DNA from: an uncultured bacterium
Lineage (GTDB): Bacteria; Krumholzibacteriota; Krumholzibacteriia; JACNKJ01
Reading direction: 5' to 3'
Length of the DNA stretch: 64,000 nucleotides
Assembly: GCA_964399495.1 (NCBI GenBank)
Contig: CAYNQX010000011.1
Span: forward strand, 16,589-80,588
Positions 19,387 to 32,212 of the stretch are shown piece by piece (the first letter of the stretch is position 1; each line of letters begins with the position of its first letter). The notes beneath the pieces were generated by a model, which made no database searches, was not told where the DNA came from, and saw nothing but the letters and a program-made list of their open reading frames with translations. The position numbers and the translations under genes were made by a program.

Positions 19387-19712
19387 GGGGTACCCTTTCC
19401 GATTTCCAGGTAAACCGTCTCCCGGGGCGGAGCGGCGCAGGGATAATCAGGCGGGGCAGGCACTATTATACAATATATCCCAAATATCGCACAACTGTCC
19501 GCTCCTCTCGACGGGCCCAACACCGAGATCCCAGAGTTCTTCAAGGATTTCAGGACCTCTTGACCTGGATCAATCACTCCTGACCACTTTGTACCTATCT
19601 TCACGTGGTCGCTGACATATCGGTGACGCGTCGATCGATCGATCCAAGGCGGCCGAGTCGACAAGGCCGCCGAGCACGGGAGTGGGATTCCCCACGCCTA
19701 CAAGGAGAATCA

Positions 19713-21158
19713 ATGAAGACCCTGACAGCTCTGCTGCTCATCTGTCTGATCGCTGCGCCGGCTCTGGCTTTCCAGTCGAACCTGCCCAGTGAGCTTTCGG
19801 AGACGAGCAAAGAGTGCCTGGAGTGTCATAAGGATGACAACCCGGCCCTCTACCAGCAGTGGGGAGACAGCAAGCACCACGGCGCCAACGTTGGCTGCTA
19901 CGAGTGCCATGCCGCCGAAAAGGGCGACAAGGACGTGCTTCGCGACGGTACCCACGACGACTTCGTGATCGCGACCATCGTGTCGCCTCTCGACTGCGGC
20001 CGCTGCCACTCCAAGGAAACGGACGAGTTCCTGAACTCGCACCACTCCAAGGCCGGACGCATCATGGGCTCCCTGGACAACCTCCTCGCCGAGGTCGTCG
20101 AGGGCAATAACGGCCTGGTCACCCCCGCCTTCCCGAACGGTATCTCCGCCGCGGCCGTCAACGGTTGCTGGCAGTGCCACGGAAGCGAGATCAAGGTGAA
20201 CAAGGACGGTACCCTGGATGCCGCGACCTGGCCGAACAGCGGCATGGGCCGCGTGAACCCGGACGGCTCCGAGGGTTCCTGCTCCGCGTGCCACAGCCGT
20301 CACAGCTTCTCCGCGGCGCTCGCGCGCCACCCCGAGAACTGCGGCAAGTGCCACATGGGTCCGGATCACCCGCAGCTCGAGGTGTACAACGAGTCCAAGC
20401 ACGGCATCGCGTTCCGTGCGAACATCGACAAGATGAACCTGAACTCCTCCAAGTGGGTTGTCGGCGAGGACTACAGCGCCGCCCCCACCTGCGCCACCTG
20501 CCACATGAGCGCCACGGCGAACCAGGACATCACGCACAACATCGGTCTGCGCGTGAAGTGGAACAACCGTCCGCCGCGTTCCAAGCTGTCGCACACGACG
20601 GACAAGAAGTGGAACCTGGATTCCCAGAAGATCCACGCCGACACCCGTCGTGAGAACATGATGGACGTCTGCAACAACTGCCACCAGGAGCAGTTCTCCC
20701 GGAACTTCTTCATCCAGTACGAGGGCATCCTCGACCTGTACGATCAGAAGTACGCGGAGCCCGGCCTGAGACTCTACAAGGCCGCCACCGCCGTGCTGAA
20801 GACGAACCCCGACTACGTCAAGTTCGTCCATCCGATCGACTGGACCTGGTTCGAGCTGTGGCACCACGAGGGTCGCCGCGTGCGTCACGCCGCCGCCATG
20901 CAGGCGCCGGACTACACGCACTGGCACGGCACCTACGATCTCGCCAAGCACTGGATGACCAAGTACGTGCCCGAGATCAACGACATCATTCACGAGTACA
21001 AGAAGAGCGCGCCCAAGGAAGTCGCCGTTCTCGAGCAGACTCTGAAGGATGTCCAGAACACGGACAACTGGAAGTGGTCCATCAACAAGGAGGACCCGGC
21101 GATCAAGAAGGCGCGTCAGAAGCGTCAGGAGGAGTTCCGCAGCCGCTACAGCAAGTAG
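19713..21158 (+). CDS. octahaem c-type cytochrome, hydroxylamine oxidoreductase (HAO/HDH)-family-like
   Basis: Signal peptide plus 8 CXXCH motifs (CLECH, CYECH, CGRCH, CWQCH, CSACH, CGKCH, CATCH, CNNCH) in ~480 aa. The C-terminal region has W/H/Y-rich THWHGTYDLAKHW. AGGAGA before ATG 19713. The ORF-track start at 19605 is unlikely. Confidence 0.7.
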   Translation: MKTLTALLLICLIAAPALAFQSNLPSELSETSKECLECHKDDNPALYQQWGDSKHHGANVGCYECHAAEKGDKDVLRDGTHDDFVIATIVSPLDCGRCHSKETDEFLNSHHSKAGRIMGSLDNLLAEVVEGNNGLVTPAFPNGISAAAVNGCWQCHGSEIKVNKDGTLDAATWPNSGMGRVNPDGSEGSCSACHSRHSFSAALARHPENCGKCHMGPDHPQLEVYNESKHGIAFRANIDKMNLNSSKWVVGEDYSAAPTCATCHMSATANQDITHNIGLRVKWNNRPPRSKLSHTTDKKWNLDSQKIHADTRRENMMDVCNNCHQEQFSRNFFIQYEGILDLYDQKYAEPGLRLYKAATAVLKTNPDYVKFVHPIDWTWFELWHHEGRRVRHAAAMQAPDYTHWHGTYDLAKHWMTKYVPEINDIIHEYKKSAPKEVAVLEQTLKDVQNTDNWKWSINKEDPAIKKARQKRQEEFRSRYSK

Positions 21159-21187
21159 CCCGCGGAATCCGATCGCTGATATGAATT

Positions 21188-21221
21188 GAGGGGCGGGGTT
21201 CATCCCCGCCCCTTTTCATTT
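21188..21221 (+). terminator. rho-independent terminator after the octahaem cytochrome gene
   Basis: GGGGCGGGGttcatCCCCGCCCCttttcattt. Confidence 0.65.
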
Positions 21222-21322
21222 CCCGTTCCTCGTGATTTCCCGGGGCACCCCATTGTCCGCGACCCCATGTTCCTGCTACCATTATCCGACAACTTTGCCC
21301 CGCATCCCGAGGTTTGGAGATC

Positions 21323-21835
21323 ATGAGAAGCCTACGCAACCTTTGCATCTACACCGCATTGATCCTCATCGCCACCGCCCCTGTAGCCGCCGCCCTCCCC
21401 GCTTCCGGTTCCATCCTGGTCGTCGAGGCCACCCTCATCGAGGGCCTGGCCGACTATCACGGCGAAGTCGTGGAGTCCGAAACCGAGACCATCGCGCGCG
21501 ACGGCAACCGCTACGTGCTCGAGGGCTCCGGCCTGAGCTCCCTGGATGGGCTCCAGGCCCTCTTCCTGGTGGACCACCGCCGCGACACGCAGAAGTCCGC
21601 CGGCCTCCAGCGCGAGCGCTGGCAGGAGGTGCTCCCCGTGAGCGAGGGCTTCTTCGAGCTGAACGTGCTCCCGGACGAGCCCTTCTGGTACCAGATCGCC
21701 GACGTGAACGGCGAGCTGGGCCTCTTCGGTCAGGGTAACCTGCTCCGCTCCGAGGGCGGCGAGGGCGAGCCCTTCCAGGTGTGGCGCATCGACGGATTGA
21801 AGCTCGTGGACCGCTCCGACATCGCGCTGCGCTGA
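21323..21835 (+). CDS. hypothetical secreted protein
   Basis: Signal MRSLRNLCIYTALILIATAPVAAA. No recognisable domain. High GC3 coding bias. Confidence 0.45.
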   Translation: MRSLRNLCIYTALILIATAPVAAALPASGSILVVEATLIEGLADYHGEVVESETETIARDGNRYVLEGSGLSSLDGLQALFLVDHRRDTQKSAGLQRERWQEVLPVSEGFFELNVLPDEPFWYQIADVNGELGLFGQGNLLRSEGGEGEPFQVWRIDGLKLVDRSDIALR

Positions 21836-21906
21836 ACCGCGCGCGCATTGACAGAGCCCCGCGCTTCCCCCTAGCCTCTCGGTTCCGAGCCGAAGGGGAG
21901 CGAGGC

Positions 21907-22680
21907 ATGGCCGCGGGCATCATCTTCGACATCAAGCGCTTCTCGATCCACGACGGGCCGGGCATCCGCACCACCGTGTTCATGAAGGGCTGTCCCCTGG
22001 ACTGCTGGTGGTGCCACAATCCGGAGAGCCGCCGGGCCGAGCCGGCCGTGCTGGCGGGCGAGGAGGTCGGACGGCGCATCGAGGTGGCCGAACTCCTGGC
22101 CGAGATCGAGAAGGACCAGCCCTTCCACGACGAATCCGGCGGCGGCGTCACCTTTTCCGGCGGCGAGCCCCTTGCTCAACCCGAGTTCCTGCTGGCGGCC
22201 CTCGCCGCCTGTGGAGAGCGGGAGATCCATCGCGCCGTGGACAGCACGGGCCACGCGCCCGCCTATCTGCTGCGCCGCGTGGCAGGGGAGACCGAGCTCT
22301 TCCTCTACGACCTGAAGCACATGGACCCCCAGCGCCATCTGCGCTATACGGGTCGGGAGCTCGCGCCGATCCTGACGAACCTGCGCCTGCTGGCGGAGCT
22401 CGGAAGGCCGGTCGAGATCCGGATACCCGTGATCCCCGGCGTGAACGACGACCCGGACAACCTCGACGCCGCGGGGCGATTCGCGGCCGAGCTCGACAAC
22501 GTGACGGGGCTGGTGCTGCTGCCCTTCCATGCGATGGCCATGCACAAGTACGAGCGCTTCGGCCTGGAGCTGCGCCTGCCCGAGACCCAGGAGCCCGAGC
22601 CCGACGCGCTGCGCACCGCCGCCGACCGGCTCGCCGCCCTGGGCCTGAACGTGAGGATCGGAGGATTCGATGATGAATGA
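21907..22680 (+). CDS. glycyl-radical enzyme activating protein (radical SAM, PflA family)
   Basis: CPLDCWWCHN (CX3CX2C) cluster motif, FSGGEPL, and the DGPGIRTTVF N-terminus typical of GRE activases. Overlaps the GRE gene by 11 nt. Confidence 0.85.
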   Translation: MAAGIIFDIKRFSIHDGPGIRTTVFMKGCPLDCWWCHNPESRRAEPAVLAGEEVGRRIEVAELLAEIEKDQPFHDESGGGVTFSGGEPLAQPEFLLAALAACGEREIHRAVDSTGHAPAYLLRRVAGETELFLYDLKHMDPQRHLRYTGRELAPILTNLRLLAELGRPVEIRIPVIPGVNDDPDNLDAAGRFAAELDNVTGLVLLPFHAMAMHKYERFGLELRLPETQEPEPDALRTAADRLAALGLNVRIGGFDDE

Positions 22681-25030
22681 GCGCGTATCCCGCCTGCGCA
22701 CCGAGAGCTTCGAGGCCGCGGTGAGCTTCTCGGCCGAGCGCGCCGAGCTTATCACCGACTTCTATCACGAGCAGCACGGCAAGGCCTCGGTGCCGGTCAC
22801 CCGCGCGCGCGCCTTCGCGCATCTGTGTCGGCACAAGAGCCTCTGGCTCGGCGAGGGCGAGCTGATCGTCGGCGAGCGCGGGCCGCGCCCCAAGGCCGTG
22901 CCCAGCTACCCGGAGATCACCTGCCACACGGTCGAGGATCTCGAGATCCTGCGCAGCCGGCCCATGACGCCCTATTCAGTGAGCGATGGCGATATCGCCA
23001 TCTACCGCGAGAAGGTGATTCCCTACTGGCGGGAGCGCTGCCTCAGGGAGCGGATCTTCGAGGGGCTGGCATCCGAATGGCGCGGCGCGTATGGCGCCGG
23101 CGTCTTCACCGAGTTCATGGAACAACGCGCGCCGGGACACACCACCCTGGACGGCAAGCTCTACGAGCGGGGCCTCCTCGATCTGCAGGCCGACATCGAT
23201 GAAACCCTGGCCGATCTCGATTTCCACGCCGACCCGGAAGCCTCGGCGAAGCGCGAACAGCTCCACGCCATGCGGATCGCCGCCGACGGCGCCCTCGAGT
23301 TCGCACATCGCCACGCGGCGCTGGCCGAGGAGCGAGCCGCGGCCTGTTCCGACCCGGAGCGCCGAGCCGAGCTCGAGCGCATCGCGGCCATCTGCCGCCA
23401 CGTGCCCGCCCACGCGCCGCGCGACTTCCACGAGGCGCTGCAGGCCTACTGGTTCGTCCACCTGGGCACCATCACCGAGCTCAACGGCTGGGACGCCATG
23501 AATCCCGGGCACCTCGACCGTCACCTGCTCCCCTTCTACGAGCGCGGCCTCGCCGACGGCACGCTCACGCGCGAGCGCGCGAAGGAGCTGCTGGCCTGCT
23601 TCTGGATCAAGTTCAACAACCAGCCCGCGCCGCCGAAGGTGGGCGTGACGGCGGCCGAGAGCGGCACCTACAACGACTTCACCAACATCAACCTCGGCGG
23701 CCTGCTGGCCGACGGCGCAGACGGCGTGAGCGAGCTCTCCTATCTGATCCTCGAGGTGGTCGACGAGATCCACCTGCTGCAACCCCAGTGCAACCTGCAG
23801 CTCAGCCGCAAGAATCCGGATCGCTTCCTCAAGGCCGCGTGCCGGGTGGTCCGCAAGGGCTACGGCTATCCGTCGATCTTCAACGCCGACGGCGTCGTCG
23901 AGCAGATGGTGCGCGTGGGCAAGCGGATCGAGGACGCCCGCGACGGCGGCAGCAGCGGCTGCGTGGAGACGGGCGCCTTCGGCAAGGAGGCCTACATCCT
24001 CACCGGCTACTTCAACACGCCGAAGGTGCTGGAGATCGCGATGCACGATGGTGTCGACCCGCGCGGCGGCGAGCGGGTGGGGCCGGCCACCGGCGAGACG
24101 CGCGACTTCGAGAACTTCGACGCGCTCTACGCCGCCTTCGAGACCCAGCTCCAGCACTTCGTCGACATCAAGCTGGCGGGCAACCAGGTGATCGAGCGGC
24201 TCTACGCCGAGTCGATGCCCGCGCCCTTCCTGTCGCTCTACATCGACGACTGCATCGCGAAGGGCCGCGACTACAACGCCGGCGGCGCCCGCTACAACAC
24301 CAGCTACGTGCAGGGCGTGGGCATCGGCAGCATCACCGACGCGCTCTCGGCCATCCGCACCCACGTGTTCGAGGGCGACCTGACGATGGACGAGCTGCTG
24401 AACGCCCTCGCCGCCGACTTCGGGAACGACGAGCCCCTGCGCCGCCGCCTCGCCGACGAGACGCCGCGCTACGGCAATGATGACGACGCGGCCGACGCCA
24501 TCATGCGCCGCGTATTCGACACGCTGTATGGCGCCGTGGACGGCCGCCCCAACACCCGCGGCGGCGACTACCACCTGGACATGCTGCCCACCACCTGCCA
24601 CATCTACTTCGGCTCGGTCACCGGCGCCACGGCCGACGGCCGCCGCGCGGGCGCGCCGCTGTCGGAGGGGATCTCGCCCGTGCAGGGCGCGGATAGGTTG
24701 GGACCCACGGCCGTTCTCAAGAGCGCCGCCAAGATGGACCACCTGCGCACCGGCGGCACCCTGCTCAACATGAAGTTCCTTCCGCGTCTGCTCGCCGACC
24801 GCGAAGGGATCGACGGCCTCGCCCAGCTCATCCGCGGCTACTTCCGCCTGGACGGCCACCATCTGCAGTTCAACGTGGTGGACGTCGACACGCTGCGCCG
24901 CGCCCAGGAGAGGCCCGAGGAGCATCGCGATCTCATCGTGCGGGTGGCCGGTTACAGCGACTACTTCGTGGATATCGGGCGGGAGCTGCAGGACGAGATC
25001 ATCGCGCGGACGGCGCAGGAGGGGCTCTAG
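22670..25030 (+). CDS. glycyl radical enzyme, PFL2 / glycerol-dehydratase-like 1,2-eliminase subfamily (substrate unknown)
   Basis: 786 aa. Glycine-radical motif RVAGYSDYF near the C-terminus. Active-site GSSGCVETG (Cys-x-Glu as in the CutC/GDH/HypD eliminases). No small-subunit genes nearby. Confidence 0.85.
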   Translation: MMNERVSRLRTESFEAAVSFSAERAELITDFYHEQHGKASVPVTRARAFAHLCRHKSLWLGEGELIVGERGPRPKAVPSYPEITCHTVEDLEILRSRPMTPYSVSDGDIAIYREKVIPYWRERCLRERIFEGLASEWRGAYGAGVFTEFMEQRAPGHTTLDGKLYERGLLDLQADIDETLADLDFHADPEASAKREQLHAMRIAADGALEFAHRHAALAEERAAACSDPERRAELERIAAICRHVPAHAPRDFHEALQAYWFVHLGTITELNGWDAMNPGHLDRHLLPFYERGLADGTLTRERAKELLACFWIKFNNQPAPPKVGVTAAESGTYNDFTNINLGGLLADGADGVSELSYLILEVVDEIHLLQPQCNLQLSRKNPDRFLKAACRVVRKGYGYPSIFNADGVVEQMVRVGKRIEDARDGGSSGCVETGAFGKEAYILTGYFNTPKVLEIAMHDGVDPRGGERVGPATGETRDFENFDALYAAFETQLQHFVDIKLAGNQVIERLYAESMPAPFLSLYIDDCIAKGRDYNAGGARYNTSYVQGVGIGSITDALSAIRTHVFEGDLTMDELLNALAADFGNDEPLRRRLADETPRYGNDDDAADAIMRRVFDTLYGAVDGRPNTRGGDYHLDMLPTTCHIYFGSVTGATADGRRAGAPLSEGISPVQGADRLGPTAVLKSAAKMDHLRTGGTLLNMKFLPRLLADREGIDGLAQLIRGYFRLDGHHLQFNVVDVDTLRRAQERPEEHRDLIVRVAGYSDYFVDIGRELQDEIIARTAQEGL

Positions 25031-25032
25031 GA

Positions 25033-25578
25033 TCAGTAGAGCGACTTGATCGCGCTGATCGTGCTCGACGGTACGGACGTGGTGTCGCGGATCCCGACCT
25101 CCACGCTTCGCAGACACGCGACAGGGTTGTACCAGCTCGATGGCGTGTCCACGCCGTGGATGGTGATCCGCAGGCCCTCCGCGTCCTGGGCGGGGATATC
25201 CATGTGGAGGTCGGGAACCGTCTTGAAACACTTCAGGAGTTTATCCCACACGCCGTCCCGCAGAACCTCGAACACGGCATCCGTCATGAAGGCGTGATCC
25301 AGTTCGTCGATCCACAGCTCCGTGATCTCATACTCCCGATCGAAGTGGATCCAGATCTGCTGGGGCGTGTTGTACACCCTTCCCGCCCAGTAGGTCGCCG
25401 GATCGTCATCGATGGCGCATGCCGCATCGCGCGCGATTCCGTAGTCGTCGAAGTAACCGTTGTCGAAGGCCGTCGCGCCGAACTCGGACAGGGCGATGTT
25501 CCCGTCGATATGGGACGCCTGAACCGGAAGGCCGACGAACTGCAGGGGGAGGAGCATGAGGGTCAGGAGCCGTCGCAT
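25033..25578 (-). CDS. secreted protein with an F5/8 type C (discoidin)-like domain
   Basis: Signal peptide. ...DDDPATYWAG...QIWIHFDREYEITELWIDE... resembles the galactose-binding-like fold. Confidence 0.45.
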   Translation of the reverse strand: MRRLLTLMLLPLQFVGLPVQASHIDGNIALSEFGATAFDNGYFDDYGIARDAACAIDDDPATYWAGRVYNTPQQIWIHFDREYEITELWIDELDHAFMTDAVFEVLRDGVWDKLLKCFKTVPDLHMDIPAQDAEGLRITIHGVDTPSSWYNPVACLRSVEVGIRDTTSVPSSTISAIKSLY

Positions 25579-25669
25579 GGATACCTCCAGGATGTTGACG
25601 ATCGCAAGAGGCGGGAGTGTTTCGCGACAAGTGTAGAAGGGGCAAGAGTGACGGTCAAGCCGGAGGCGG

Positions 25670-25702
25670 AATGAAAACGGCCCCGGAGCGATGTCCGGGG
25701 CC
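25670..25702 (-). terminator. terminator of the atp operon (minus strand)
   Basis: On the minus strand: GGCCCCGGacatcgctCCGGGGCC followed by GTTTTCATT, immediately after atpC. Confidence 0.55.
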
Positions 25703-25737
25703 GGAGTATTCGAATCGGCGACGGAGAATCGGGTCCC

Positions 25738-27421
<1,684 letters not shown>

Positions 27422-27455
27422 CTAGCTCCTCGTGTGGACGGTTGTCGGGCGCTGC

Positions 27456-28334
27456 CTACTTCAAGGCCTCCGCGCCTCCGACGATTTCCAGCAGCTCCTT
27501 GGTGATCTGTGCCTGGCGCGCCTTGTTGAAGGACAGCGTGAGATTGTCGATCATCTCCTTCGCGCTGTCCGAGGCCGCCTTCATTGCCGTGCGCCGCGCG
27601 CCCTGCTCGCTCGCCGCCATCTCCAGGAGATAGCGGAAGAACGTGTTGCGCAGGAAGAGCGGCAGCAGTTCGCCGAGCAGGCCCTCGGCGTCCGGCTCTA
27701 GGATGAAATTCAGCTTCGTGCCGCTGCCCTCCTCCTCCTCGTCCTCCGTGCTCGGCAGAGCCAGGGGCAGGACGTGGTCGAGGGTGGGCGGCTGCTCCGC
27801 CGCGTTCTTGAAGCGGGGATAGGCGATGTGGACCTCGTCCACGTCGCCGTCCAGGAAGGCGCCGCTCAGCATGTCCGCGAACATGTCGGCGTCCTCGGGT
27901 CCCGGGCGGTCGGGCAGGTCGATCGTGCTGTACTTCACCTCGCGGCCGATGAAGCGCAGATAGCTCGTGCCCTTCTTGCCGACCGCGTAGATGTCGACCT
28001 CGCGGCCCAGCGCCTCCTGCTCCTTGATGAAGCGCAGGCTCATCCGCATCAGGTTCGTGTTGATGGCGCCGCAGAGGCCGCGGTTGGTGGTGAGCACCAG
28101 CAGCGCGACCCGCTTCACCTCGTCCCGAGTCGTCAGGAGCGGGTGCACGTCGCTCTCGCCCGCGGCCAGGAGCCCCAGCATCTTCGGCAGGGTCTCCGCG
28201 AAGGGACGCGCCGCGCTGAGGTTGTCCACCGCGCGCTTGAACTTGCTGGTGGCCACCATCTCCATGGTGCGCGTGATCTTGTGCGTACTGGTGACGCTCT
28301 TGATCCGCTTCTGGATGTCCTTGGCGTTGGCCAT
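27456..28334 (-). CDS. atpG: F1 ATP synthase gamma subunit
   Basis: Typical gamma N-terminus (MANAKDIQKRIKSV..TKAM) and C-terminus. Confidence 0.9.
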   Translation of the reverse strand: MANAKDIQKRIKSVTSTHKITRTMEMVATSKFKRAVDNLSAARPFAETLPKMLGLLAAGESDVHPLLTTRDEVKRVALLVLTTNRGLCGAINTNLMRMSLRFIKEQEALGREVDIYAVGKKGTSYLRFIGREVKYSTIDLPDRPGPEDADMFADMLSGAFLDGDVDEVHIAYPRFKNAAEQPPTLDHVLPLALPSTEDEEEEGSGTKLNFILEPDAEGLLGELLPLFLRNTFFRYLLEMAASEQGARRTAMKAASDSAKEMIDNLTLSFNKARQAQITKELLEIVGGAEALK

Positions 28335-28341
28335 CGGTCTC

Positions 28342-29853
<1,512 letters not shown>

Positions 29854-29854
29854 C

Positions 29855-30409
29855 TCATTCCTTTCCCAGTTCGGCCGTCATGAGACGGTCTCGCATACGG
29901 CCCAGGCGCGTCCTGAGGCTGCCGTCGACGGTCTGGTCGGCCAGGTTGAGCACCATGCCGGCCAGCAGTTCTTCGTCGGTCTCCGTTTCCAGGAGCACCC
30001 TGGCTCCCGTGGAGCGGCTCAAGGCTCCCTCGATGTCACCCTTCTCCTCGTCTCCCAGGTCGCGCGCGGTGACGAGGCGGCCACGCAGGCGGCCTTCGCG
30101 CACGTCCATGAGATGTCGGAACATCTCGAGGATGTTGCCGAGCAGAGGCTCCCGGTGCTTGTGCAGCAGCACGAGCAGGAAGCGGAGCGTCAGGGTCGAG
30201 GAGGCATCCGACATCAGCTTTTCGAGGGCCCCCCGCTTCTGGGCCACGCCGAGCTCCGGCGATTCCAGCAGGCGACGGAACTCGGGGCTCTCGTCCCAGA
30301 GTTCCCTCAGGGCCAGCAGGTCGGCGCCCACCGCTTCGAGCTCGTCCTTTTCCCGGGCGAGTTCCAGCAGCGCGGCGGCGTAGACCTTTGCGATGGACGC
30401 ATACCTCAC
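29855..30409 (-). CDS. atpH: F1 ATP synthase delta (OSCP) subunit
   Basis: Position between atpF and atpA. OSCP-like sequence. Confidence 0.8.
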   Translation of the reverse strand: MRYASIAKVYAAALLELAREKDELEAVGADLLALRELWDESPEFRRLLESPELGVAQKRGALEKLMSDASSTLTLRFLLVLLHKHREPLLGNILEMFRHLMDVREGRLRGRLVTARDLGDEEKGDIEGALSRSTGARVLLETETDEELLAGMVLNLADQTVDGSLRTRLGRMRDRLMTAELGKE

Positions 30410-30960
30410 GACTCATCCACCTCGCTCATGAACTCCTTGGCCAGGCGCGTGTGGTCCGCGTCGTCGAGGGAGCGTTCGAGAAGTTTGCCGGCCACCTGCA
30501 CACTGAGGTCGACGACCTCGGCGCGCAGGGACTCCCGGGCCTTCTCGGCCTCGATCTGGATCTCCTTGCGGGCCGACTCCACGATTCCGTTTGCCTCGGA
30601 CTGCGCCTTGGCGACGATCTCGTCCTGCATGGACTTCGCCGTGACCGTGCCCTGATCGATGATCTTCTGGGCCTCCTGGCGCGCCTCGGCGAGTTCCGCC
30701 TGCTGCTGCTCGAGCAGCTTGCGGCCCTCCTCGCGCGCCTCGTCGGCCTCGGCCAGGGACGCGCGGATCTTCTCCTCGCGCCGGTCCAGGCCGTCGACGA
30801 TCGGACCCCAGGCCGTCTTCCTCAACAGGATGAGGAGACCGACGAAGGTCGCGACCGTCCAGAAGATCAGTCCCGGATCGGGGCTGAGCAGGCTGTAGCT
30901 CCGGCCGCCGTCGGCGGCGGAGAGCAGGAAGGGTAGTCCGGCGTGAAACAGGTCACACAT
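30406..30960 (-). CDS. atpF: Fo ATP synthase subunit b
   Basis: N-terminal TM helix followed by a long charged coiled coil (EEAR, KIRASLAEADEAREEGRKLLEQQQAELAEARQEAQKII). Confidence 0.85.
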   Translation of the reverse strand: MCDLFHAGLPFLLSAADGGRSYSLLSPDPGLIFWTVATFVGLLILLRKTAWGPIVDGLDRREEKIRASLAEADEAREEGRKLLEQQQAELAEARQEAQKIIDQGTVTAKSMQDEIVAKAQSEANGIVESARKEIQIEAEKARESLRAEVVDLSVQVAGKLLERSLDDADHTRLAKEFMSEVDES

Positions 30961-30978
30961 GGATGTTTTCCTTCGCGT

Positions 30979-31248
30979 TTAACCGGAAGACGTCGCGAGC
31001 ATGATGCAGATAACGAGAGCGAACAGGCCGACACCCTCGATCAGGGCGGCCGCGAGGATCATGGCGCCACGGATGTCGCCGGCGGCCTCGGGCTGACGGG
31101 CGATGCCCTCCATGGCCGAAGCGGCCAGTTTACCGATGCCCAGTCCGGCGCCGATGACGGCGATGCCGGCACCGATGCCCGCGGACAGATGGGCGGCGTT
31201 CAAAGCAGCGAAGAAGGGAAGCATCTGATACTCCTCCTGGGTGGACAT
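30979..31248 (-). CDS. atpE: Fo ATP synthase subunit c
   Basis: Two-helix hairpin proteolipid with the conserved GIGAGIA.IGAGLGIG and ion-binding E (ALIEGV). Confidence 0.85.
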   Translation of the reverse strand: MSTQEEYQMLPFFAALNAAHLSAGIGAGIAVIGAGLGIGKLAASAMEGIARQPEAAGDIRGAMILAAALIEGVGLFALVICIMLATSSG

Positions 31249-31276
31249 GGGCCGAAGCCCGGTTTCGGTCCCCGGC

Positions 31277-32209
31277 TTAGTGCTCGGGATGGACCGCCTG
31301 GTAGATGAAAATCGTAGACAGGAACGTGAAAATGAAGGCCTGCAGGAAGGCCACGAAAATCTCGAAAGCGCTGATGGCCACTGCGCCCGCGAAGGGCAGG
31401 GGAGCGAGATAGACGGTCTTCAGCGAAAGTCCGAAGATCAACCCGAAGAAGCTCAGGATGATGATGTGCCCCGCGATCATGTTGGCGAACAGTCGCATGG
31501 TGAGCGCGAAGGGCTTGGTGAACATGCCCATGATCTCGATCGGGATCATGATCGGCACGAGCGGCCAGGGCACGCCGGGCGGCACGAGCGCCTTCCAGTG
31601 CGCGATGAAGCCGTTTTCCTTGATGCCCGCGACCTGGGTCACGAAGAAGGTGATGAGCGCCAGCGTCGCCGTGACGTTGATGTTGCCGGAGGCCGTGGCC
31701 ATGGTGGGAATCATGCCGAGCAGGTTGAGGAACAGGATGAAGAAGAAGAAGTTCATCAGCAGCGGCATGAAGCGGCGCCCGACCTTGGGGCCCATGATGT
31801 TGTACACCACCTCGTCGCGCATGTAGACGATGATCGCCTCGAAGAAGTTGCGCAGGCGGCCCTTGGGCACGAGGCCGTCCTGATCGGTCTGCCTGGCGGC
31901 GCGGCTCACGACGAGGGTGAGGAGGATGGCGGCCAGCCAGATCATGATGACGTGGATCGAGGGAGCGAGATCGATGTGCAGGCTGCCCAGCTTCAGCGTG
32001 GGCAGGGGGAGCAGCTCGGCCAGGTTCCACTTGGTGTGGTGGGTCAGCTCCCAGTAGTCGCGATTGAGGACGTGTCCGAGAGCATCGAGCTTGTCGCCGT
32101 GCCCGGCCGCGTGCTCGACGGCATGTTCCGCGCCGTGGGCAACGTCGGCGGTCGCCGCGTGGGCGTCGTGTCCCGGTGCCTGAGTGCTCGCGAGGAACAA
32201 GGGCATCAC
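31277..32209 (-). CDS. atpB: Fo ATP synthase subunit a
   Basis: Conserved R in LTMRLFANMIAGH and polytopic membrane protein features. Confidence 0.9.
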   Translation of the reverse strand: MMPLFLASTQAPGHDAHAATADVAHGAEHAVEHAAGHGDKLDALGHVLNRDYWELTHHTKWNLAELLPLPTLKLGSLHIDLAPSIHVIMIWLAAILLTLVVSRAARQTDQDGLVPKGRLRNFFEAIIVYMRDEVVYNIMGPKVGRRFMPLLMNFFFFILFLNLLGMIPTMATASGNINVTATLALITFFVTQVAGIKENGFIAHWKALVPPGVPWPLVPIMIPIEIMGMFTKPFALTMRLFANMIAGHIIILSFFGLIFGLSLKTVYLAPLPFAGAVAISAFEIFVAFLQAFIFTFLSTIFIYQAVHPEH

Positions 32210-32212
32210 TCC

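Noticed and set aside
19605-19712. N-terminal extension of the octahaem cytochrome ORF, and the analogous long starts at 4450, 11812, 17736, 21781, 36623 and 42757
   Set aside because: Internal ATG/GTG codons with proper SD sequences directly precede signal peptides or conserved N-termini. The upstream extensions have poor GC3 or cover promoter regions.
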